Below, piece by piece: positions 1 through 7,028 of a stretch of DNA of 20,000 nt. Each line of letters opens with the position of its first letter. Position 1 is the first letter of the stretch. Below the pieces are notes generated by a model. That model saw only the letters and a program-made list of their open reading frames with translations, was not told the origin of the DNA and did no database searches. This DNA is from an uncultured virus (IMG/VR IMGVR_UViG_3300025158_000014) (lineage: Duplodnaviria; Heunggongvirae; Uroviricota; Caudoviricetes): the IMG/VR virus record IMGVR_UViG_3300025158_000014; one strand, 5' to 3'. The translations under genes were made by a program, and so were the position numbers.

Positions 1-576
1 ATTGCAGGTGGAGGTAAAGCCCGTGAAGGATCCTATGGATTGGATGTTAATTCTCCAAACGGAAAAGACTACATCATTGATTTAAATTTTGCTCTTGAAT
101 TCGCATTAGAAAACCGATTTAAAATTATAAATCAAGTCAGCAATGTTATAGAGGAATACTGTAAAGGGAGTTTGGACTGGTCTTGTTTTATAAACAGAAA
201 CCATAACCACGCAGAAGAAAAAGACGGTCTGTGGATTCATAGAAAAGGCGCAACCCATGCAGAAGCAGGCATGGAAGGAGTCATTCCCGGTAACATGAGA
301 GACGGATCATTCATTGTTGTCGGAAAAGGTAACCCTGAATCACTATACTCCAGTTCCCATGGTGCCGGTCGAGTTTTAGGTCGAAACGTCGCAAAGAAGA
401 TATTAGATATAAATGACTTCACAGAAACTATGAAAGGTATTGTAGCAAACGTAGATGATAGTACATTAGATGAATCCCCTTTTGCTTATAAAAATATTTT
501 TGATGTCATGAAACAACAAGAGGAATTAGTCTCAGTTAAATATTACGTCAAACCAATAATTAATGTTAAAGGATGA
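1..576 (+). CDS. rtcB: RtcB-family RNA ligase, 5'-truncated by the window edge
   Basis: Frame is open from base 1 (IAGGGKAREGSYGLDVNS...). RtcB motifs present: HNH, HRKGAT, PGNM, SSSHGAGR, DESPFAYK and terminal KG. Confidence 0.95.
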   Translation: MAGGGKAREGSYGLDVNSPNGKDYIIDLNFALEFALENRFKIINQVSNVIEEYCKGSLDWSCFINRNHNHAEEKDGLWIHRKGATHAEAGMEGVIPGNMRDGSFIVVGKGNPESLYSSSHGAGRVLGRNVAKKILDINDFTETMKGIVANVDDSTLDESPFAYKNIFDVMKQQEELVSVKYYVKPIINVKG

Positions 577-622
577 ATTGAAACCATTAAAAAGATTAAA
601 GCCAAGAGGTAGGTAGGAAGAT

Positions 623-860
623 ATGTATATAAAAATAATGCAACAATCACAAGACCAATACAAAGAGAAAATGTATCAATGCACCAATTACACCTATGTC
701 GAGAATGATGTAACAACAAAGTTTTTCCATTATTCACGATGAAGACAATGTTACCACTATCACATTTGACAACATACCAACAACCAAGATATGGATAATG
801 AATGATAACGGAGTCACGATAGACAGTTACAAGTACAATGAACACGGAAAGTTAAAATAA
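623..860 (+). pseudogene. Small hypothetical protein (~78 aa) with one frameshift at the T5 run 722-726
   Basis: AGGTAGGAAG precedes the ATG at 623. Removing one T joins MYIKIMQQ...DVTTKF to SIIHDEDNV...IWIMNDNGVTIDSYKYNEHGKLK*, and a terminator follows. Confidence 0.6.
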
Positions 861-892
861 AATAAACCAAACAAAAATCTATTTACCTGCCG

Positions 893-933
893 ACCCTTTT
901 CTGATAATAATACCAGAAAAGGGTTTATTTTTT
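893..933 (+). terminator. Intrinsic terminator
   Basis: 11-bp stem ACCCTTTTCTG / CAGAAAAGGGT followed by TTATTTTTT. Confidence 0.8.
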
Positions 934-1591
934 ACCAGAGGAACTATTCTCTTCAAATCTTATCTTGGATCATGGAATAACTGATGATGAAAACAGAATG
1001 ATAGTCATTGAACCAAGTCTTTAACACTTTTCACCACCATTTAACACTAATATCCTCTAATAAATGGATAACAATAACCCCTTGAAATATAAGGGGGTTT
1101 TTAATGCCCTGATATAGTCAATAGAAGGTATACCATACAGGAGTATAATTAGGTATAATAAAAGATGATTCAATACCATAATAGACCATGACCGTTCGGA
1201 TCAGATGAATTTAGACCGCTTTTAAGTGTAGTCATTTAAAAATAAAAATAGAAGAAATTCTTATAAAATATAAGGAAAATAAAGGTGCGAAAAAAGGTAA
1301 AAATAGATAAAGAAACAAAAAACCCTTTGTTTATAAGGGAAAGAAGTGTGTACTAATTCCTTGGAAGTATAATCACCCTCTACATTTTGCGTTAAAATAA
1401 ATGTTCAGTAATTTTCTGGGGGTTGTCTGGTACAAAGTCCCACCTGACCGCATGTTTTAGGTCAATAGAGGAAAACGATTCATTAAAATAGGTTCACTCC
1501 CAGACCAAACTCCCGTTCTACAGCCTAAAACACTCGACATGAGGGGATTTTTAATGAAAAGTTATAAAGAGGTTTAATTTTTCATCTGAAT

Positions 1592-1609
1592 ACCACTATA
1601 TATAGTGGT
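1592..1609. promoter_or_regulatory. NrdR-box-like palindrome 1
   Basis: Perfect 18-bp palindrome ACCACTATATATAGTGGT; fits the NrdR consensus acaCwAtATaTwGtgt. Confidence 0.6.
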
Positions 1610-1718
1610 GTGAATGAATCATGGCTCAACACATATGATTTTCCATATACACTGATTTTTACTGACCTGAATGACACTTTTGGCCTAGACAGAACACCCA
1701 TTTTTATTAAAATGACCC

Positions 1719-1735
1719 ACCACTATATATAGTGT
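1719..1735. promoter_or_regulatory. NrdR-box-like palindrome 2
   Basis: ACCACTATATATAGTGT; its first 16 bp are identical to 1592-1607, 127 bp away. Confidence 0.6.
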
Positions 1736-1836
1736 TTGATTTTTTCAAAATTTATATAATAAAATGGGACTGACAACCCGTTTTCTTGTACCATATGTGA
1801 TGTATTTCTTTATTAGGGCATAAACCATACCAAATT

Positions 1837-1845
1837 TTATCCACA
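1837..1845 (+). promoter_or_regulatory. DnaA box
   Basis: Perfect TTATCCACA in non-coding DNA. Confidence 0.45.
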
Positions 1846-2073
1846 ACAGGAACTGTCTAGTTTACATAATACTAGTTATCGGTCATTAAGAAAATTATAA
1901 TAATTTTTTTCCTCTTGTAAATTAGCCACTTGAAAGTATGAAAAAATACTGGATAATCGACATTATATCGGTTTTCATATATGTTGATAACTATTGATTT
2001 GATTACTTGATATGGTATGGGGTAGATGAATGATAAAATATACTCTATATGGTATAGCATAAACGCCATTTTC

Positions 2074-2102
2074 AGTATAACACAGAGTGTCTGTGTAGTC
2101 AA
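2074..2102 (-). promoter_or_regulatory. Sigma70 promoter with palindromic spacer, pointing into the non-coding region
   Basis: Minus strand TTGACT-N17-TATACT with extended -10 TG. The spacer is ACACAGA-cac-TCTGTGT, a 7-bp inverted repeat. Confidence 0.65.
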
Positions 2103-2141
2103 ATAATAAATTTCAAAGGAAAAGGGTTATTTTTTTGTATT

Positions 2142-2158
2142 CTGGCACAAACAATGCT
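2142..2158 (+). promoter_or_regulatory. Sigma54-like -24/-12 promoter
   Basis: CTGGCACAAACAATGCT has GG-N10-GC spacing and matches TGGCAC-N5-tTGCW with one mismatch. Confidence 0.45.
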
Positions 2159-2441
2159 ATGACACAATAACCTATACAAAAATGTGTCAATTCATTAAAA
2201 ATATTCCATTAATATGAAACACTGTGACGCAAAATAACTCCTCTTATCCCCTGTAAAATTATATATGAATATATATATTATATATGAAAAACCAATCGGT
2301 CAACTCGTCAAGGGGTAGGGGAGGTAATTGCTATACTCTTTACTTATGTAATTTTTAAGTTTTTATATGTCCCAATCTACGTATATACAAAATCCCTTTT
2401 TGAAAAGTAAATCGCATCCTGAATGGTCATACCCTAAATTT

Positions 2442-2450
2442 TGTGTATAA
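2442..2450 (-). promoter_or_regulatory. DnaA box (TTATACACA)
   Basis: Matches TTWTNCACA on the minus strand. Confidence 0.35.
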
Positions 2451-2503
2451 AATTTTTTTTCCATGGGAACCTGTCAGAATTGTATATACATGTGTTTATT
2501 TTA

Positions 2504-2511
2504 TATAAATA
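2504..2511 (+). promoter_or_regulatory. T4-type late promoter
   Basis: TATAAATA ~30 nt upstream of a GGAG-led ATG at 2543. Confidence 0.6.
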
Positions 2512-2542
2512 GGTATAGATTGGAACAAAAGGAGATTTTATT

Positions 2543-2692
2543 ATGGGTGAGAACCGGGATAAAACTTATCCGATAAGGATGAATGAGGAAGAGTTAAAGA
2601 TGACGAAGGAGTTAGCGAAGAGGGTTAAATTACCTGATATGGTACGGAGGTATATTAAGGAGTTGTATGATGAACATATATCGTCTGTATAG
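2543..2692 (+). CDS. 49-aa ribbon-helix-helix-like DNA-binding protein (absent from the ORF track)
   Basis: AAGGAG RBS. MGENRDKTYPIRMNEEELKMTKELAKRVKLPDMVRRYIKELYDEHISSV shows an alternating beta-strand (TYPIRM) followed by two amphipathic helices. Confidence 0.7.
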   Translation: MGENRDKTYPIRMNEEELKMTKELAKRVKLPDMVRRYIKELYDEHISSV

Positions 2693-2714
2693 AAGATCCC
2701 TCTTTTTGTTGATA

Positions 2715-2963
2715 TTAACCTTTTACTTCTTTTAAGATACAGTCGATACTGGAATACAGATCATCATTTGAGACACCAAGTGAATCCAAATATTCCATCC
2801 AGTTGAGTACCTCGTGAAGTTGCTCGTACATTTCTGGTGCCACGGATTCTATTCTTTTTGTCTTGGCTTCTATGCCGCAGTTGCAAGGCAGGTGAGGATA
2901 TAGAGATCCTGTTTTGTTTTTGAGAATGTTACAAGTTGGTTTGTGTTCATTTATTATGTTCAT
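2715..2963 (-). CDS. Hypothetical protein (H/C-containing N-terminus, APEMYE motif)
   Basis: 82-aa ORF whose start overlaps the stop of the upstream methyltransferase. Confidence 0.7.
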   Translation of the reverse strand: MNIINEHKPTCNILKNKTGSLYPHLPCNCGIEAKTKRIESVAPEMYEQLHEVLNWMEYLDSLGVSNDDLYSSIDCILKEVKG

Positions 2964-3691
2964 TTATTTTGAATTCTTTCTTTGGCTGTATTGAAATAGG
3001 TTTCGTCAAGTTCAATTCCTATGAATTTACGATTAAGGTGTTTACAAGCAAGACCTGTTGTTCCACTCCCCATTGTTGAGTCTAAAACGGTTTGTTGTTC
3101 TAGTGTGTATGTTTTTATGAGGTATTTCATAAGCTCAAGAGGTTTTTGTGTTGGGTGAAAACCTTTACGATCTTGTTTGAACTTTTTGATGGATTTTGGG
3201 TATCTGATTCCGTTGTTTTCTTTATGTTGAGATTTACCAGATCCGTAAACTTCACCAATGGTTGCATCATCTTGAGCCATGAATGATTTGTAAGGGTCGC
3301 CTTTTTCCATTTGGGGAAAATACCGTCCTCTTTTTTTAGAAAATACTAATATTTGTTCATGGTTTTTCATGGGTTGGTGTTTTGCTAATAGAGGATTCAT
3401 ACCTTGGGGGTTTTCCCATATCCATTCATATTTGAACCATTCAGGATTTGACATGACAAGGTGAGAAGAAAATGGTTGTGTGGCGGTTAGTACAATATTA
3501 CCATCATCCATAATGATACGTTTATATTGAGTCCACATGTGTTCTATATCAATGACTGAATCCCATTTACAGGCTGTAACTCCATAGGGTAGGTCTGTTA
3601 AGATCAGATCAATAGATTTATCTGGTATGTTTTTCATGACGTCCAGACAGTCTCCATGTATAAGTGTGACAGGGTTTTGTATCAGGTTCAA
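2960..3691 (-). CDS. DNA amino-methyltransferase (N4-C/N6-A, beta-type motif order)
   Basis: GDCL and catalytic DLPY near the N-terminus; HPTQKP; SAM-binding DSTMGSGTTG; FIGIELD. Confidence 0.95.
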   Translation of the reverse strand: MNLIQNPVTLIHGDCLDVMKNIPDKSIDLILTDLPYGVTACKWDSVIDIEHMWTQYKRIIMDDGNIVLTATQPFSSHLVMSNPEWFKYEWIWENPQGMNPLLAKHQPMKNHEQILVFSKKRGRYFPQMEKGDPYKSFMAQDDATIGEVYGSGKSQHKENNGIRYPKSIKKFKQDRKGFHPTQKPLELMKYLIKTYTLEQQTVLDSTMGSGTTGLACKHLNRKFIGIELDETYFNTAKERIQNK

Positions 3692-3728
3692 TATAAAAAG
3701 ATCTCCTGTTTATAGTCCAATATTAATT

Positions 3729-3757
3729 AGTATATGGTATATAGAATTCTATGTCAA
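3729..3757 (-). promoter_or_regulatory. Sigma70 (early) promoter
   Basis: TTGACA-N17-TATACT upstream of the DNA methyltransferase. Confidence 0.75.
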
Positions 3758-3817
3758 CATCGTTTCATCGTTGTTAAATCTAAAAAAATGATGTTTTGTC
3801 GGGGGATGAATAAATAA

Positions 3818-3825
3818 TATAAATA
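3818..3825 (+). promoter_or_regulatory. T4-type late promoter
   Basis: TATAAATA upstream of GGAGG RBS and ATG at 3865. Confidence 0.65.
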
Positions 3826-3864
3826 CTTGTACCTGATAGAATCATTACGGAGGATTTTAATATA

Positions 3865-4578
3865 ATGGCAATATTAACAGATTTTTATGGAAAGATACCC
3901 AAATATGATGACAACACGTTTGAATATGATATAAAAAGCACAACGCTCTTAGATTTTAGTGGATCAACAGCCGGTTCGCCTTGTTTTGTAGATATATACA
4001 TGAATGCATATATAAGAGATTTAATTACGGCTGGAGCGGCGGATGCAAAAGTCTTTGATTCAAGACATTGTACAATCACTCGAATAGAATCATATGATAG
4101 TGTAACAGGTGTACCTACCACATATAACTTTTATGCAGGTGGACACCCCAATTTAAAATGGATTGATTTAAGTCATTGCGGAAGAATTTATACCAATATT
4201 GATGATATTATTCCGGTTGATAATATTACGACAATTGATATTATTGTGCCAAATCATGGCATTCCTTTGAATACAGAAAATCTATCCAGTGGTTATATTA
4301 AAATGGGTGTAAGTGATTATGGAACAAGTGGTATTTTATCAAGTGTTGATAATTTACCGATAAATGCCATCATTGATGAGAATACTCTACGATTAGGAAT
4401 AACATTGGAATTTTGGAATTTGTCAAAATCAAATGCTGCGGGACAGAATCTTTATATAGATAACCCTATTATACATAATGTCGGTGGACAAAATTTTACA
4501 GGAAATAGATTAGACATTCATTGGAAATTTGATAGGAATGATCCATACTTCTTGGAGAGCATTTTCTGTGACTATTGA
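3865..4578 (+). CDS. Hypothetical late protein, possibly structural
   Basis: 237-aa ORF with GGAGG RBS and late promoter; beta-rich D/N/T/I composition. No family recognised. Confidence 0.75.
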   Translation: MAILTDFYGKIPKYDDNTFEYDIKSTTLLDFSGSTAGSPCFVDIYMNAYIRDLITAGAADAKVFDSRHCTITRIESYDSVTGVPTTYNFYAGGHPNLKWIDLSHCGRIYTNIDDIIPVDNITTIDIIVPNHGIPLNTENLSSGYIKMGVSDYGTSGILSSVDNLPINAIIDENTLRLGITLEFWNLSKSNAAGQNLYIDNPIIHNVGGQNFTGNRLDIHWKFDRNDPYFLESIFCDY

Positions 4579-4816
4579 ATTTCAAATAAGTCTTCTGGTA
4601 GATTATTTTTATAAAATTTTTCCAAAGCGTTGTTTTTATATTATTTCCAATAACAAAGCATCTTTTTAGTATCTTCCTCGGAAAGATAAGATGCATGAAT
4701 GATCCTAACCGTTACTTGAAAAGTAATAAAACTTATCATGCTTTGCAACAGGAACCGTACATTCCTGTAACGAACCCAATAACATCTAAAAGGTTAACAA
4801 CTTCGTCGCATGTCAT
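4572..4816 (-). pseudogene. Fragmented small ORF
   Basis: ATG overlaps the epimerase TGA. Coding-like pieces lie in different frames: MTCDEVVNLLDVIGFV / ECTVPVAKHDKFYYFSSN / VRIIHASYLSEEDTKKML / NNALEKFYKNNLPEDLFEIQ*. Confidence 0.4.
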
Positions 4817-5751
4817 ACAATCATCTTAGCCAAAGATTCATCTATAGTTGTTGAAGGTGACCACCCGACTAAATTCTTAATCTTTGTTATATCAGGAACA
4901 CGCCTCAAAGTATCTTCATACATTTTGTTATAAGCTTGTTCATATGTAAAATATTCTTTACCTGATGAACTTTTTGTGATACTAATAACCCGATCAGCAA
5001 GTTCATTGATAGATATTTCCTCGTTATTTCCGATGTTGAATAATTGACCGTCTGTTCTAGAATCTTTAATCATAAACATTAACGCATCAATACAATCATT
5101 AATATAAGTAAAAGATCTGGTTTGTTCACCTGTACCAAATATAGTCAGATTTTCTCCTGATAATGATTGTTTGATAAATCGAGGGACAACCATACCATAT
5201 TTACCGGTTTGCCTCTTTCCGATAATATTAAATAACCTGACAATGGATATCCTTAAATCATGAACATTTTTGTTACTAAACATCATCTGTTCCATCAATA
5301 ATTTATTAGTGGCATACCCCCATCGACATTTTTCTGAGGTTCCAAATACAATATCATCACATTCAAACATCGGAATTTTGTTAGATTTACCATAAACTTC
5401 TGACGTACTGGAAAATATCAATTTAGAATTATATTTCTTGGCTTTCTCTAATATTGACTGATTAATAATCTCATCATTAATCATATGTTTAGCGGGGTCT
5501 TGATGTTGCATCATTTGACCTATACTTGATGCCAAATGAACAATGATATCGACTGGTTCTAAATAAAATTCTGTGGTCAAATCTTTAAAATAAAAATCAA
5601 AATTTGATTTATTGAATAATTGTTGGATATTCTCTCTACATCCTGTAGAAAAATTATCAACACCTATAACATGATACTTAAGATTAACCAATCTATCACA
5701 TAAATGTGATCCAATGAAACCTGCTGCTCCTGTAACTAAAATCTTTATCAT
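4813..5751 (-). CDS. NAD-dependent nucleotide-sugar epimerase/dehydratase (UDP-glucuronate decarboxylase-like extended SDR)
   Basis: TGAAGFIG Rossmann motif, HLAS, SSTSEVYG, YxxxK (YATNK), RLFN, GEQTRSF, RRVPD. Confidence 0.93.
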   Translation of the reverse strand: MIKILVTGAAGFIGSHLCDRLVNLKYHVIGVDNFSTGCRENIQQLFNKSNFDFYFKDLTTEFYLEPVDIIVHLASSIGQMMQHQDPAKHMINDEIINQSILEKAKKYNSKLIFSSTSEVYGKSNKIPMFECDDIVFGTSEKCRWGYATNKLLMEQMMFSNKNVHDLRISIVRLFNIIGKRQTGKYGMVVPRFIKQSLSGENLTIFGTGEQTRSFTYINDCIDALMFMIKDSRTDGQLFNIGNNEEISINELADRVISITKSSSGKEYFTYEQAYNKMYEDTLRRVPDITKIKNLVGWSPSTTIDESLAKMIV

Positions 5752-5798
5752 TGAATAATAATTGCGATCTATGAGTAAAACATTTAATAAACCGCTTC

Positions 5799-5960
5799 CT
5801 AATTTATTTTATTTTTGTATTGAAAATTATAGTTCATAATATTTTTATGAATAATGGTATCTCCTGATTTAATATAAACGGTGTTCATACCAAATACTCG
5901 AATGATAACATCTTTGCCATATTTTTCTTTGAATGAATTGATAATCTCAGAATTAATCAT
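5799..5960 (-). CDS. 53-aa hypothetical protein
   Basis: MINSEIINSFKEKYGKDVIIRVFG...; GAAAGG RBS; lies directly downstream of the promoter at 6000-6028. Confidence 0.5.
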   Translation of the reverse strand: MINSEIINSFKEKYGKDVIIRVFGMNTVYIKSGDTIIHKNIMNYNFQYKNKIN

Positions 5961-5999
5961 AGAAGAAACCTTTCATAGTGTTATGTTTGATGTAAAAAA

Positions 6000-6028
6000 A
6001 GAATACCAAAACGATACATAAATGTCAA
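6000..6028 (-). promoter_or_regulatory. Sigma70 (early) promoter
   Basis: TTGACA-N17-TATTCT with TG extension. Confidence 0.65.
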
Positions 6029-6093
6029 GATTTTTTGGGCGGTGAGACAATGAGACCACCGTATCACGTTACGTATAAAGCTGTGTACAAGTG

Positions 6094-6342
6094 TCATTTG
6101 ATTAAATCAAAACTATGTTTAGTTGGTATGGACAGCCCAAACGAATCCGACCAAAATTGAACTTTTTCGAAATTCATGGTTGTTTCGGAAATACTATAAT
6201 CATGAACGTAATCCATATCAAATTCACGTTTAAGTAAAAAATATTGTTTCATGAAGGTTTTTGTTCCAATAGACATTTTAATGGTATACTGATACCCTTC
6301 AATTATTCTGAATCTTTTTTTAAACCAAAATTTTCTTTTCAC
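6094..6342 (-). CDS. Hypothetical protein
   Basis: 82-aa ORF, GTG start, AGAGG RBS, follows the methyltransferase. Confidence 0.6.
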   Translation of the reverse strand: MKRKFWFKKRFRIIEGYQYTIKMSIGTKTFMKQYFLLKREFDMDYVHDYSISETTMNFEKVQFWSDSFGLSIPTKHSFDLIK

Positions 6343-6362
6343 ATTTATAAAACCTCTTTTTA

Positions 6363-6995
6363 TTATAACTTTTCGAGAATAATAAATTTAACTTTGATAT
6401 CATCTCCATAATCAGGGTCACCGGGCAAATAAGGAAAATCCTTGGTTACTTTGATAACTTTAACTTTGCTGTGGTTATTTAAATACCTTTCATACCCCTG
6501 AGATTCATACATATCTGATCTATGAGATAAAACAATAACACCTTTAGGATTAGTAAGCGAAAATATATTCTCTAATATCCCCTTACTATCAAAATATGTT
6601 AATGATCCGATACAAGTGACAAGATCAAAGGTTCCATTGGACAGAAATGGTTTGTTCATATCATGCCGGGTTAAAGTTTTATAGATATTTTTACTTTTAG
6701 CTATATCCAACATCCGTTGACTTAAATCAACACCATGAATATTAGTGAAACCATTCTGTAATAAAGTAGTTCCGACTAGACCCGTTCCACAACAAACATC
6801 CAGTACTGACATATCACGTGCAAAATGACCTCTAACGTGACGAACCCATTTTCTCCAAGCCGTGTATCCAAGTTCTTTAATTAAATACATATCATATTCT
6901 TTAGCAACAATGTTATACTCTTCTCGATTTAGTTCAATAGAACTGGATGGGTCTTTAGCCCAACTACTAACAATATCTTTAATGCTTTTTGACAT
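6363..6995 (-). CDS. Class I SAM-dependent methyltransferase (small-molecule type)
   Basis: VLDVCCGTG motif I, GVDLSQRML, FDLVTCIG, PKGVIV. Confidence 0.9.
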   Translation of the reverse strand: MSKSIKDIVSSWAKDPSSSIELNREEYNIVAKEYDMYLIKELGYTAWRKWVRHVRGHFARDMSVLDVCCGTGLVGTTLLQNGFTNIHGVDLSQRMLDIAKSKNIYKTLTRHDMNKPFLSNGTFDLVTCIGSLTYFDSKGILENIFSLTNPKGVIVLSHRSDMYESQGYERYLNNHSKVKVIKVTKDFPYLPGDPDYGDDIKVKFIILEKL

Positions 6996-7028
6996 AAATA
7001 TCCTTTTCTCTCTCTTTTTTTTTATTTT

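Noticed and set aside
543..845. 100-aa minus-strand ORF
   Set aside because: Antisense shadow of the frameshifted plus-strand gene, which has the RBS and terminator.
981..1010. Hammerhead ribozyme core (CTGATGA...GAAA)
   Set aside because: Only one base separates the two motifs, so there is no stem II, and stems I and III do not pair.
1076..1339. AACCC...TATAAGGG motifs at 1076-1095 and 1321-1339 as IHF or att-like sites
   Set aside because: Imperfect matches in AT-rich DNA and no integrase in the window; too weak to call.
1872..2102. 76-aa minus-strand ORF
   Set aside because: Its TTG start is the -35 box of a promoter, there is no RBS, and the composition looks like AT-rich non-coding DNA.
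861..2540. CRISPR array or tRNA cluster in the long intergenic region
   Set aside because: I found no regularly spaced repeats and no cloverleaf with a T-loop GTTCRA and matching acceptor stem.
2960..3691. Restriction-modification system
   Set aside because: No adjacent endonuclease-like ORF; this is an orphan methyltransferase with its own early promoter.
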